Below, in pieces: positions 41,170 through 55,372 of a stretch of DNA of 64,000 nt. This stretch comes from Octopus vulgaris (Eukaryota): the NCBI GenBank assembly GCA_951406725.2, contig OX597828.1, forward strand, positions 32,612,001 to 32,676,000, read 5' to 3'. The stretch's first letter is position 1; each line of letters starts with the position of its first letter. The notes beneath the pieces are model-generated. The model had not been told where the DNA came from, searched no databases, and saw only the letters and a list, made by a program, of their open reading frames with translations. Made by a program: the position numbers and the translations under genes.

Positions 41170-43558
41170 ATTTAATATATATATATATATATATATATAC
41201 TCAAAATAAGCAAGAATAATATTTTCGGTTGCTTTCCTTTTGCTTATTTTAATTATATTCACCCCTTGGATTTATATCGATATCACCATACAAACTTTTG
41301 GTGCATCTGACTTAAGTACCATATTCATTTGAATCTAAATTTTGCTGAATATATATATATATATAAATTTTGCTTCCCTGTAGAACAGAACCATATGAAT
41401 GTGTAAGTGGCATATTTTATTAATTAGATGTGCCTGGTGCGGAATAAGTACGTATTTAGACAGATGTGTGGAAAAATTTATGATTGCTTTTATGTTCTTG
41501 TTTCGATTTCCCCAATAAAAATTTAGTATTTTAATTCAAATGAATTGGAATCGAATTGTGTTGTCATTTGAAACCTCTAAGCACTTGTGCATGAGGAGGG
41601 TGGCTTGAATTAGTCTAGCAAAGCTATTCGTGTTGCACTTTGTTTTTTCACCTGGCTAACATAGCTCTATTCAGATCACATATTTATTTTGTTTGCTACT
41701 GGCTTGAATATGATTCAAAATTGAAACAAAGAATCAATATCAGTTTTTAGGAAAGCAAACAAACCAGTCTGTGGATTATTAAATTCAATATATATAGAGA
41801 GAAATATGTTTAAATTTATTTCTTTGGAAATATATTGAAACAGTCATGCTTGAGATAAAGCACGGATTAACCTCTGCGCCATATCTTAATCGAAGAAACT
41901 TCATTTGAAATACACTCCATGAGAACTCCCACGCGTCATGAATGAGCAGCCGAGTAGAGAACATCAATACAGAACTTGAAATGTGATTATATGTATATAT
42001 TAGCGTGCAGCGACTGTAAGAAAAAATATTTTAGTTAGGGTGGTTGTTTAATAAAAAAAGCTTAAGTTTTCAGTTAGAATATTAGCCAATACCTCTCGTA
42101 GACTATAATACACATCATCTTCAGCTGGGCCAGTGAATTCACATTTACAGTTGATATAATAGATAGAAATAGCTGACAAATTTACTTTATATTTGCATCA
42201 TATATTCAAGAATTATATATGTAATCCCTGCTCTACGTCAAGACTAGATGTTCATGAATGGAACCCCATTCATCATGCGTTGTCGATAATGGACATTTCA
42301 ATGTGATATATTGGCCCTATTCATTATTTGCCACTCTTTCAGTCCTAAAATATCCTTGCTATAAGAATTTAGATAGGCAAAGATCATCGTAAATAAAACA
42401 TCGTAACTAAAACAGCTACTCATAAATCATATTTCCATACGAAGTAAAGGGTGACGCAATCAAAATATATGCCAAATATACACATTTATGTTTGGGTCAT
42501 TATATTTTTATTGGACCTATTGAGAATACCTGCAAGAATTTGGTCTAAATCGCTCAACCATCATGAAATAGTAGCTAAATCTCACGTTAAAATCGATTTC
42601 TCAATCATGATACTTTCGTGTTTCTATAGCGTGTAAAATCGGTTTATTACCATAGAAATTTTTTTTAAATTACTTTCCAAAAAACAAAACGCACATTGTA
42701 CGTATGATCTACGATGAGTGAAATAGTAAAACAACGGGAAAGACATGGCTGGAAAAAACTTCAATCTTACCGTTATAGGATGCGATTTGTTTCGCAGTTG
42801 AACAGAAACATCGACAACAATTTGAATATCAGAATAATCGGACAAGTTACTACTGCATTACTGAGAATATATTTACGCTGGTCGAGATTTTATTACATAA
42901 ATGTTTTCTGGAATTTCTTTCCAGAAACTGAAATTGATGTCCATCAGGACGAATATATCCTTTGGATATCAAACATATATCATTTTAACCGTCTCACCTT
43001 CACAAATGTGAGCCGTAATAGAGTTCTCATCATCGTCTTTATAACTTGAATTGTGAACAATGAAAGAGTTACTCATTTATAAAGAACATAATTATATAAA
43101 ATAATAATTTCCACATTATGTCGTCCAGTGTAGTAGGCAATTTTGCTATCGCTTGTTTACATAACTTAAATCCAGATGATATTGTTTCTGTCACTGACGG
43201 AATAGTAATTGTGTACATATGCGCATGTATATGTATATGTACATATATATACATATATACATGCATATATGCGATATATGTATGCATACGTATATGTATA
43301 TCTATATGTATATGGATTCTGTTCTAAAAATAGCCAGAGGGCGCAAAAAATATTGTCACATAACATTAAACCATGCAGGTAGTGGGGAACTAACAAAAAC
43401 AATTTAAAACTTAAACGTGACCATCATCTGCCAATCAGAAAAAATGGGGGAAATCGGTTAAACATTTGAATATAAAATAAAATATTCCCAGTGCCTTTCC
43501 AAATTGTTTTTTTTCTATATTTCGACCGGATGGAATAACAGGACATCCTTTCTTATAT

Positions 43559-43628
<70 letters not shown>

Positions 43629-43909
43629 AGAGAAAAACAGGATGCAAAGGATTTAGCGGTACATATGTTTCTGGCTTTATTGGTAGTTTATATCAATGCA
43701 TAATTAATGTAACATGTATGTCAATAGCCTTCTTCAGCCGCGCACAATTACCACAGCAAAGACATGTATTACATTATAGCAGGTTTGGGAAGAAGTTTAG
43801 GAAACAGACGAGTTTCGCTGGGGATGCAAATCCTCATATTCGTATATAGCAAAGCGAGACAACAAAACAAAGCGTCCATACCGTTTTTTCACTCGATATA
43901 GAATATATA

Positions 43910-43976
<67 letters not shown>

Positions 43977-44829
43977 GAAGTAAGAACATAAACCCTTCAA
44001 AAGTTTCTTAAACATCCAAGTGCGCCGGTTGAATCCAAAGCAAAGACTATATAAAAATATACATGTTCAATATTGTTACAATAAATAAAGTATAAGGAAA
44101 TAAAAAAAATATTAAAAAGTAGAAGTCTAGACGTTACTTTATTATAAGTTGTTACATATGTCAAATAAAAACTCTACAAGTGGTTTCCAAGCCAAATTCA
44201 AATGCACACGATATATAATACTTTGGAAATCAGAAATTAGGCTTTTCATTAGGAATTCATTTCTAGAATGAGAGGGTTCTAACAACAATAAATTTAAAAC
44301 CTTTGCAATAACCCAGAAACGAGTAAACAATTTAATTATGATAGGAAGAAATTTACCGAACATCAGACTGACCAAAAACAAAAAAAATATTTAAGTACAC
44401 TTGAGCGTTAATACAAATGACAATTCACAATATATATATACTTATTAATGATATTGGCAATTATCGTCTACACAAAACAAAAACAAAATAGACAATCAAC
44501 GTACAGATACGTTAATGAAAAAAATAAATTTTAACTACTAAGGATTAGAGCTACCTAAATAAAAAATTGAAAACCAATATATTATCTACAAGAACATAAT
44601 CAAAAAATAATTCGAAGTTAATAATATAATGTCAAACGAAAACAATTTCGTTTACTTACAAATGTCTTCCGTCATGTAAAAAAAAACCAGTTTCCATTAC
44701 ATATAAACAAATCAAAACGAGTGACAAAATAGTTGCAAGAAAAAGTCCTGCCATTTCGAAATATCAGATAAACGGAAATTAAAAGTCTAAAAATTCAAAA
44801 TTTAAAACAAATTAAAAAGTCATTTTTCA

Positions 44830-44903
<74 letters not shown>

Positions 44904-44931
44904 TAATAATAATTATAATAATAATAATAAT
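44830..44931. repeat. (TAA)n microsatellite
   Basis: Directly visible. Confidence 0.95.
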
Positions 44932-45512
44932 ACCAATTAAAATATAAAACACTTATACATTATATTATAAATTTAACCAATCTAAGATATATATATATAT
45001 ATGTATACACACACACATATATATATATACGTATATATACATATATATATATACATATACACACTCGTCCATATATATATATATATATATAATTAATAAA
45101 TAAATAAAATATATGCATATATACATACATATATGTACGTACCTACCTCTACATGTATATATACATGCATATTTGGGTACAGGACACCAAACAAAACGTC
45201 GAACACAATGAGAAACGAAAACATAAACACAAAACCAAGGAAATGGACATTTTTTTAAAACAACGAAAAAATAGAGTACAGGACATACAAAACAAGGAAA
45301 ATTCCCCTTCTTCAGGCGCCTTAATTTCATCTACTCCACGTTTCGAAGGTCAAATATATATATATATATATATACATATATAAAACCTATATATATAACT
45401 CTTTTTAAAAATTCATAAAATATAAGCGATATATGATCCAAATTGTGGGATTAAGAAATAAATTAAAATACACATCTAATGAATAGTTACTTATACATAT
45501 ATATGCATGTAC

Positions 45513-45623
<111 letters not shown>

Positions 45624-45632
45624 TACACACAG

Positions 45633-45688
<56 letters not shown>

Positions 45689-45718
45689 CATATTTATATA
45701 TAGATATTTATATATATA

Positions 45719-47313
45719 TTGGCTCATCACATAACTGATGCGCATTTATTATACTTCTTTTATTTTTCAACATTAAGATAAAGTTATTTTTGTATTTGTG
45801 GATGGTCAAGTTGCCAGTTTAGCGAATGCAGGCTGGGTGCCTGTGCTACAGGCACATTCTCCCTAAACACACTTACTAAACATAGATACACACACTATAC
45901 GCATGCGCAAATAAAGACACGTGCAATATGAATACAAAATGGCGGGTCTTTAGTAAGGAAAGGCACACAAAAAAGAAAGAAGAAAGCAAAGGACCACGGA
46001 TGAGGTCACAAAAGTTTGACGAAAGAACTTTGGCCGACATACGATTAACATAAAATAAAGTTGAAGCAAATGAACACCAAATATTTAGAGCGTGTGTTTT
46101 TATTGCTAGAATGGCCACATGACCATCCCCAAATGCAACAATATCTGATTCAACACACGAATTCGCATCAAGAATCTTGAAAAACGAATGTACAAGTGTA
46201 GTAAACAAAGTTCTTTTCAATCTACAATATTCACTTGTCTGTATCGAAAGATACTCCTCCAGCATTGCTCTGCTCTCGTCGACAGAATTCAATCTTTTTC
46301 TGTCCCAATGATTTTGAAGACTGCGGAGTATATGATAATCAGATAGGTGCAATGTCCGGCGAATATGGTAGGTGGGGCATTGTTTACCATTCAAAAGGAT
46401 CTAGCCTTTGGAATGTCATCCTCGCTGTATGTATACGAGCATTATCCTGATGGAGGAATACCTATCGACTTGAAACCATAAAGGGTCGTTTTACTTCTAT
46501 CGCTGACGTAAGCCGCTTAAACTGCTCGTAGTAGATCTCCGTTGTTATCGTTAGGTTTATGTTTAAATTTCAAACTGTACTAAACCTTCCATATCACCCT
46601 AAACAGATAACAACACCTTACGTGGGTGATGACCTTCTCTAGCCTGGAGTGTCGGTGTCTTTCTTTTCTCTACCCACTGTCATCGGTATTTGACATTTTT
46701 ATAGAGAACCCATTTCTCATCACCAATCAATATTCGGTCGAAAGAAAGTTCATTCGTGAGACGTGATAGCAAAGAAAAGCACACATTCACCCCCTGCCAG
46801 CAATTAGACTCGCAAAGTTTGTGAAGAACCTATGGACCGATTTTGTTGACTTTTCCCGTGGCACGCAGGTGTCGATGAATGGTTGAATAGCAAAATCCAA
46901 GCTTCTCTGATAGTTCCTCAATTTAGAATGGGATTTTTTTCTCCAGGATTTGCAGGACATCCTCGTCGAGCTCTACATATCGTTTTCTAGGCTCTATTTT
47001 CCGGCTCAGAATTTCTAAAACATCCGTTGACGCTGGCTTACGCTTATTGACCAAACCCCATTTACTGCATTTTCGTTGGGTTGTTGCCTTTATTGCACTC
47101 ATAAAGCAAAATATTCTCCTTTATCACTTCCATTATAGATTTGAAGAAATAAGTGTTAAAATCGAACTACTCTTCGATTTTGCAGTAAGAATAAGGGCAA
47201 GGTAAGATTACCACCTGCTTTTGTAGCAAGTTGATGCAGGTAGTTTATCTCGTCCCCCTCCCACGTTTAGTTCATTCACTTCGAAAAACCGTATTATTTA
47301 TGTGAATACCCAA
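45719..47313 (-). mobile_element. Mariner transposon relic with both TIRs; 3' end of the transposase replaced or interrupted
   Basis: MEVIKEN start near 47133; RILIGDEKWVLY, FLHQDNARIH and PYSPDIAP-SDYH motifs. Imperfect TIRs TTGGCTCATCACATAACTGATGCG and TTGGGTATTCACATAAATAATACG with TA flanks. Confidence 0.88.
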
Positions 47314-47339
47314 TATATACATATGTGTGCTTAAGCTTC

Positions 47340-47490
47340 TTGTGTGTGTGTATAGGTGTGTGCTTGTTTATTTTTCTGTCTGTGTCTCTCCGATTGCACC
47401 GCTTGACAACACTGTTGGTGTGTTTGTATGTTTCCGTAATTTAGCTGTTTAGCAAAGGGATCGATTGACCAATTATTAGGCTTTAAAATG
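47340..47490 (+). mobile_element. Decayed 3' half of an OR-like SINE
   Basis: CGCTTGACAAC...TTGGTGTGTTT...CCGTAATTTAGC...TAGCAAA matches 26955-27040. Confidence 0.6.
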
Positions 47491-47744
47491 AGGTATGTGT
47501 GCGTGTGCACAATATGGAGTACTTCACTAATATCGTGGAAAGACGCCAGCTTGAATAACTGTTCACAATCGTAACTTTATTAAATTAAAATAGCCATTTA
47601 TGTATCATACGTAACGTATATAGTTCGTTGATGGGCATCAGGCATGATACTGCGATTTACGTTTCAGAGAAAATCTCTTCATAGACCTGCTATATTAGGG
47701 AATAAAACATTGTATTTATCTGAGTGTGACTAATATCATCCCAA

Positions 47745-48102
47745 GCGTGGAAACACTCCATCGGTTACGACGATGAGGGTTCCGGTTGATCCGAATCAAC
47801 GGAACAGCCTGCTCGTGAAATTAACGTGTAAGTGGCTGAGCACTCCACAGTCACGTGTACCCTTAACGTAGTTCTCGGGGATATTCAGCGTGACACAGAG
47901 AGTGACAAGGCCGGCCCTTTGAAATACAGGTACAACAGAAACAGGAAGTAAGAGTGAGAGAAAGTTGTGGTGAAAGAGTACAGCAGGGATCACCACCATC
48001 CCCTGCCGGAGCCTCGTGGAGCTTTTAGCTGTTTTCGCTCAATAAACACTCACAACGCCCGGTCTGGGAATCGAAACCGCGATCCTATGACCGCGAGTCC
48101 GC
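47745..48102 (-). mobile_element. tRNA-derived SINE, third family (5' end slightly truncated)
   Basis: Minus strand GCGGACTCGCGGTCATAGGATCGCGGTTTCGATTCCCAGACCGGGCG (tRNA anticodon/T-arm-like, B box); GC-rich with sharp boundaries. Confidence 0.8.
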
Positions 48103-49558
48103 ATTTATTCTATATAATTATCCGTTCTTTTATAAATATTTAATTTGTCACGATATTCTGAGATCAAAGATGATCGATTCGAGATTTGCCTTTCCTCTTT
48201 AACAATCAATAAAAATGTAAGTGTTATATAATGAGTTATGAATATTATAGAATGTAGTCAATGAGTTAATTGGTCATTTTTAACAAATGTCCATGTTTTA
48301 TGTCCCTTTACTTTCAGAAGAATTATATTATAAAACCTAACTGATAATTCTAATGAAATAGAACTCATATTTGGGCATTGATTTTTTTCTATTTTCTCTC
48401 AGTATTTATTCATTATTTGCCAACTTGATGTGTCAAAACTTCAATTTCTCCTTTTATCCGAATCCCTTGGAAGCAAGGTATAGCTCGGGTTTTATCGGCA
48501 TGAGATTTATTCAATCGTTTGAAGAATTGAAAACTTGCCTACGCAAGTGATACACTTCGCATTCTTTGTTAACTCTCTTGCCTATTCTGCCTTTGACAGT
48601 TTGTTGAATTGTTTTAAAGTCATTGTTGTATTTTCCTCCTTTACGAAGTAATTTTGCTTTCAGCCAAAGTTGTTAATGTGCAACTCTGTAGAAACTGTAT
48701 GGTTTCGTGCCCCTATTCTACTAACTATGCCTATCTTATTGCATTACATACACAAGCTAGATTTTATCATGCCTTGCACCTGTTTCTAATAGGGTGTGCT
48801 ATTTTGCAGGATAAAAATGTGTGTTATATCTATACAATCTTCATAAACCATTTCTAGTTTCCAAATTGATTCTGCTCTCGTTCTGTCAAATATATTAATG
48901 CAATGCATCTCCGCTTTTATGTGATATAATGTAAATAATCTACTTTTTTATTTCCTGTCTATTTTATTAATATTATACGGAATGTCTAGTTTAGCGCATT
49001 CAGCTTTTAACTTATTCTAGAACTGCTGCAGAGTTTGTTGCTTTCATCTTACGTTTTGAATTAATTTCGCTTTTTCCGATTATCTTTGTTTTTGATATAC
49101 ATATTATACATATTACAATTGGATAAACTTTCATTTTAATATTTATTTGTTTGCATTTATTCATTCCCAAGTAATTATTCACTATTTCAATTCCCAATTC
49201 TTTTATTGAATTATTGCTTCGTTGTCTGTGTTTACTAACTTGATCAGTCTGCTTAGATTGAAAATTCTGTGGCATATTTCTCTACATCGAAATGTACAGT
49301 TTTAGCAAAGTTATAAATATTTACACACTGGAAAAATATTTTCCAGCTGCGCTTTTGAAATGGCGTACAGTTTAGGTCGTCTTTCGTGACGAAGATTTTC
49401 TACTGGTTCTACTAAACTTATTGCAAATTGCTGAAGAATTCAGCGTTGTATGTAATGGGTCAAGAATCAAACGAAATGGAAACAGTCAGAACCAAATTAT
49501 ATTTCAGAGAAACATTCATTTCTGATAATACATACATATATAAAAGTACGTACATTCA

Positions 49559-49594
<36 letters not shown>

Positions 49595-49643
49595 TATACA
49601 CATACATACACAAAGTATAGGTATCCATATATATATATATGCG

Positions 49644-49677
<34 letters not shown>

Positions 49678-50019
49678 CGTGTGTGTGCGTGTCTGTGTGT
49701 GTGTGTATGTATATATATACTACGTGTACGCGTATGTCTGTGATTTAATATTATCGTTTGGATATTTTCCGAATTCATATCTAATGAATTATATAACAAA
49801 TACCAATGTTTTGTTAAACTTTATTGATTCCATGAATATGAAACCCCATTTTGCCTTCTGTTCGATATTTTTGATGGTGTTATTAGGATCTGTAGACTCA
49901 GCACATTCGGGTACTAGACTAGTTTCGATATAGTTATTGCCGCTGCATCCTGCCCTTTTTGGTACTGTATGATAATATGGACATGTGGTACTTTCTTCAG
50001 TATCCAGTCTAATAGAATG

Positions 50020-50370
50020 TGTCGATATTCTTGGCGAATCCCAGCAAGATCTACAGGGTTCTCGATGTCTGTTGAGGCAGTGGATTAAAAAGTATATTCT
50101 CGAACGTTAAAGTAAGTTCTGACATCGATGTAGTTGCTGTTTCTGGCATCAAATGAATATACAGAGACACTCCCTTACTGGTTTCTCCATACGCCCAAAA
50201 AATCTGCTGGTCGCTATAGCAAGGAGACTTTGCTTACTGTCTAACAACTTACGTAACTCGGGCATTTTCTTTCGAGGCGTAGGACTCATCAATTTTTGAG
50301 GTTTACAATGCTATTGATCAGAGAACCGTTGTAGTTGCTTAGGATCTGCGAGAGTACTCTGAAGTAGTTC
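50020..50370 (+). mobile_element. Very decayed R4/Dong-like LINE C-terminus
   Basis: Remnants RVLDV, LSNNLRN and CLGSARVL* resemble the end of the 53331-54395 element. Confidence 0.35.
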
Positions 50371-50422
50371 ATATCTGACAGGCATGTACCTCCCGATTAT
50401 TTCAATGAGATCCCGATTATTT

Positions 50423-50489
<67 letters not shown>

Positions 50490-51073
50490 GAGTGCAACAA
50501 AATGTGCTTCCGCATGTCAACTGTTTACATTTCACCGTGTAGATAGTCAATGAGTATGGTGTTCCTATTATTTATGAATATAATATTCTGTTCTGCTTCC
50601 ATAGTATATTAATGAAGATAATTTCACACCCAGTATGACGTGATACAAAGCATAACTAATAAGTATAATGGTCTGATACATATATATAGAGAGAGATATA
50701 TGTGTTTGTATGTGTATGTGTGAGTGTATTTGTGTGTGTGTGTCTGTGAGTGCGTGCGCGTGTACTTGTATATGTGTTCCAAATTTACAGCAGACTAGTT
50801 AGTAATGTCTGGCATTATAAGCACTGTTGTTATTAGAAAGTCTATTTACGTATGTTTGTTGCTAATGTTACGCTGTCTTTGGTAATCCTAGTCTCAAAAA
50901 CGTTACCAATTAGACCTAGGGTCATTATCGTCTTGCTTTCTGTTTGTTAACAGTACATGTAAATGTTCTAATTATGTTTGTGCGTCGATTTACTTTCTTT
51001 ATCATATCTCCTATTTTTGCGGTGTATGTGAGTAGATGTAGTGTCTTTTCTTTCTTATGATTATATAGATATA

Positions 51074-51789
51074 CGTTTGGTGACTGTGTATGTATGTCGT
51101 CTTAGATTGTTGAATGCAATTCTTGGTTGTAATTATTTCAAGTTAAATAGTGTTGTTACAATCAGAAACAGTGCACTTGGTGGCAGTAATTTAATTCTCT
51201 TGTTTTTTAACTAAGTTTCTACAGTATTTGTGCACCAGCTTATAAGAATGCTGAGTGGAAGTTTATGATTTTATTTTTGTATAAGGCCATATCGAAAGAG
51301 ACCATTCAATGTAGTCTTGCGCGCGTAAGGTATTTGCTAACACATCTCCATCAGGTCGGATCCCGAACTGTCTCTATTAATGATGCGACAAATATTTTTA
51401 GGTTTTTACATTGTTTGATGCTTCTGTAATATTGCCCTATATATTTGCGCATGTGCGTGTGTGTTTGTATGAGAACCAGGGGGAAAGACGTCAGATGTTA
51501 TCATGCGAGGGGCTGCTCTGAATAAAATAACACACTGGAAGATCATTTCATCATGATTTTATTCATGATTCACACACTTATTTCAGTGGTCCTTCAGTTT
51601 TTTAAGCCCTCTAAAAGAAGTCAGAAGGTTGGCCTCCAGCCAGGCTTTTCGCGATACAATTATACCCAGGAACTTTTCAGCAAATCCTAGTACACAAATA
51701 AATAACAGAACACCATTTAACATGAAATAATCACAACCAAGCATTGCATCCAACAGTCTAAGAAGACATACATACACAGTCACCAAATG
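51074..51789. mobile_element. Non-autonomous element with 81-bp terminal inverted repeats, TA-flanked
   Basis: 51074-51154 versus the reverse complement of 51709-51789: 73/81 identical without gaps by manual alignment. TA immediately outside both ends. Confidence 0.8.
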
Positions 51790-51909
<120 letters not shown>

Positions 51910-52502
51910 CTCATAAAAAAAGAAAGGAACAAGATATCTCATACACGTCAAACATTGGAGATGTGATAATCACAAATAAATGTAAAATATGGCTACGAAA
52001 TGAGCACTTGCCGATCTTAGATATGCCCTAGTAACTATAATTATCTCGATAATGATTTCCAGCAATTCGTGTTCAGCCGCATAGTTGGTGCGCATGGCAG
52101 AAAATTGGGAGTTCTTTATTTTCAAACTAAAGAATTAAAAGGCAAATTTCGCTAGCAGTGGTTTCCGAACACAAAACACTAAAGTACAGCGCCATATTTG
52201 TTCGTCTATCGCTACTAATTCTGCCATCAAAAAAAGATGGTGAGAGAAAAACGAAGAAACTAGAAATAACAAATGAAACGCAATTCTATTTTTTAATTGC
52301 TGACAGGTAAAAGAAAATGAAAATAAATCAATAAATACACATATAAATAACATGAATAAACGAAAACAAAATCGATCATGCTAAAATATAAACCTGATTA
52401 AACAAATTTTAATTAACTTGACATCTCTTTCAAAGTATAAAATCATTTTAAAGAAAAAAGCCGTATATATACGAACATACATACATGTACATATATACAT
52501 AG

Positions 52503-52543
<41 letters not shown>

Positions 52544-52546
52544 TAT

Positions 52547-52609
<63 letters not shown>

Positions 52610-52611
52610 TT

Positions 52612-52665
<54 letters not shown>

Positions 52666-53259
52666 AATACATAGACATGCATATATATGTATGAGTGTAT
52701 GTATATATGTACATATGCATGTATGTATGTGTATGAGTGGATAATTAAACAAATAAAGAAATAAAATGACATTTCATGACAATCAGAGTCGAAGATTAAC
52801 TAAATCTTGCTGGGATAGAAATAAAATAAATTAAATTAAACAAAGATTAATACAATAGAATATAAATTGACGAAATAAAAAGAAAAAAAAAGCAACAGAA
52901 ATTACAAAAGTGAAAAACAAATAAGTTAAACAAAAATGTGTTATATTTGTAAAGATCGAACGAGGTTTGACGTGATTGCTAGGTAGAAATTAGTTGTGAT
53001 TAATGTAATCGATGTCAACAATGATGATGGTGCTGGTGATGCTGCTGATATTGCTGCTGCCGCTGATGCTGACGATGACAAATATAACGCATTTAATGGT
53101 GGCGTGACGGAGGCGGTAAAAGTGAAGGTTGTTAGTGTGGTAGTGGCAGGATAATCATAATGATTATCTTGATATATGAAAAAGATATTGGAGAAATATA
53201 ATGGCGGTACTGGGCTATGGTGGTGGGGGTGGTGACATTGCTGGCATTCATAATAGTGC

Positions 53260-53309
<50 letters not shown>

Positions 53310-53330
53310 GTTGTTATTTATTTATTTATT

Positions 53331-54395
53331 GTCGTTACACAGCTTCTAACGTTGTAGATGTACTACGGTGCCAACAGTTCACTACCAGTGAATTAAGGTG
53401 GCACCCCATATTTTTCGAGCACCATCCGGAGTATTCGAGCGGATCAAAACAGTAATGTTTTCTGCAAGAGTTCCGCCCTTATTGCAACTCTTATTTGTTC
53501 CTTGCATTTCTAAAGATTTTTACTCATTATTCCCAGGGCCCAGACAATTATTGGTACCACAACCACCTTTTTCAGCGACGACAACTGCTTAACCTCCCAA
53601 GATAACCTGTCATATCTATCGACTTTCTGTCTTCCTTATCGCATACGTTGTTGTCAGCTGGGCATGCTATATCCATGATCCAGCATCGTTTGCTTTCTTT
53701 CTCAATTAATACTAAGTGTGGTTTCCTATTCTTTATCCCATGGTCGCACTGAATCATAAAATCCCATACGTTCTTTCCTTTACCATTTTCGATGATTCCT
53801 TTGGTTTTATGTTCGTACCACATTTTTGTACTTTCAAGTCCATACTTGTTGCAAAGTGTCCAATGGACAATCCTTGCTATATTGTCATAGCGTCTCTTAT
53901 ATCCTTTCTGGGTTAGTGGCGTATATTGACTGGGGATATGCAATACGGTTTAAACAGTTTGTCCACAGATTCTGCACGTATCACTTTCTCTATTCACTTG
54001 TCCTCTACTCTGTAGTTGACGTAATTTTTTCTTAATGCTTGCTGGTGGCCCGTACAGATTAGAGCCTCCGTTTCCGGTTATAAATCACTTCTAGTCATCA
54101 ATGGACATCTTTCTTTTATGTCTGTCTTATCTTCAACATCCCTAGGAAATTGTCCATGCATTCTTTTGTTTATCTATCTATTTTCAGTTTGATTCATTCT
54201 CAAGTGCATGTAGAGTGCTTTATCTTTACAATATTCCATCCTAAACAAGTCTGACATTACTTCCAATAATAGCAGTTCTGTGGCATTTTTTACATAACAT
54301 GCTACGTTGATTTCTCTTCTGATGTTGTGTTCGCATCCAATCAGTCCTCTTCCCCTTCTTTTTCTTGGTACATACAGTCTGTCTCTGTCACTTTT
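53331..54395 (-). mobile_element. R4/Dong-like non-LTR retrotransposon 3' fragment (zinc knuckle and RLE domain)
   Basis: KSDRDRLYVPRKRRGRGL, CRICG...HI, YKRRYDNIARIVHW, WDFMIQCDH..NRKPHLV...DIACPAD, SARILR. (TAA)n on the sense strand at both ends. Confidence 0.92.
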
Positions 54396-54485
54396 ATTAT
54401 TAATATTATTATCATTATTATTATTGTTGTTGTTGGGTTTGTTGTTGTTCTTGTTATTATTATCATCATCATTATTATTATTATT

Positions 54486-54680
54486 GAAGCGTGCTCAAAC
54501 CGTGTCTTTAGCGTGCCAGGCGAAATGCTTAGCAGTATTTCGCCAGTCGCTACGTTTCCGCCGATGTCAACTTTGCATTTCATGCTTTTAGAATCGATAA
54601 AATAAGTACTAGTTAATCACTGGGGTCGATGTAGTCGACACATTGCCTCCCATAAAATGGCTGCGCTTGGGGAAAACATA
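54486..54680 (+). mobile_element. Decayed SINE of the 22713 family
   Basis: TTAGCGTGCCAGGCGAAATGCTTAGCAGTATTTCG...GTCAACTTTGC...CACTGGGGTCGATGTAGTCGAC. Confidence 0.75.
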
Positions 54681-54737
54681 TTATTATTTTTATTGTTGTT
54701 GTTGTTGTTGTTGTTGTTTTTATTATTATTATTATTA

Positions 54738-54801
<64 letters not shown>

Positions 54802-54833
54802 CACCACCATCATCATCATCATCATCTTTATTA

Positions 54834-55372
54834 TTGAGTGAGAGAGCAATGCATGCTATCAAAATTATACTGGGGTAGAAGATATGAATCTCAGTATACC
54901 CATCATCACTACCCGTCTGATAAGGGTACACCAGGCACATGCATCACACCCACATGTGCGCGACATGGTGATCTCATATCAAGATAAACAGCACATGACC
55001 TTGCAGGTGGGGCCCAGTTAGAATTGTCTTCCGGCCTTGTAGCCCATCCCGCTCAAATGTTCCCCAAATAAGGGATGATGAACGAAATACCTATGTTTCC
55101 AAAGGTGAATAATCCAAACCCAAAGAATTCCTTTCAACACATGGCTTTGATGCCCCCACTACTTCTGCTTGTGATCAGAGATGCACATATCGTCAGCCAC
55201 TAAGGGACATGCTCAACTGGGTAAGGTCAAACAACTAACAACCATATCTGTGGTATTGAGCAGAATATTTGCTGTTGCCCCTCTTTTATACCGAGACAAA
55301 ACAATGTACATGATGACACTTCCAATCAGTTAATATCAGAAGGCACGAGAGCCATTGCCTGGTACTTCATGA
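54834..55372 (-). mobile_element. ~535-bp non-coding interspersed repeat in (TAA)n, copy A
   Basis: Colinear reverse complement of 60688-61221; TTA repeats on both sides. Strand assigned by TAA polarity only. Confidence 0.85.

Noticed and set aside
42714-43049. 111-aa plus-strand ORF in unique sequence
   Set aside because: No recognisable domain, and the length is within chance expectation for a 64-kb window.
44142-44381. Possible PLE C-terminal remnant on the minus strand
   Set aside because: Similarity is too faint to support without a profile search.
45300-45352. Minus-strand CCTTC-GAAA-CGT...CTGAAGA-AGGGG (permuted hammerhead?)
   Set aside because: The cleavage position would be G, stem I cannot be formed and stem II needs two G-U pairs.
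51575-51602. Minus-strand CTGAAGG-ACCACT-GAAA
   Set aside because: A9 is missing and stem II cannot form.
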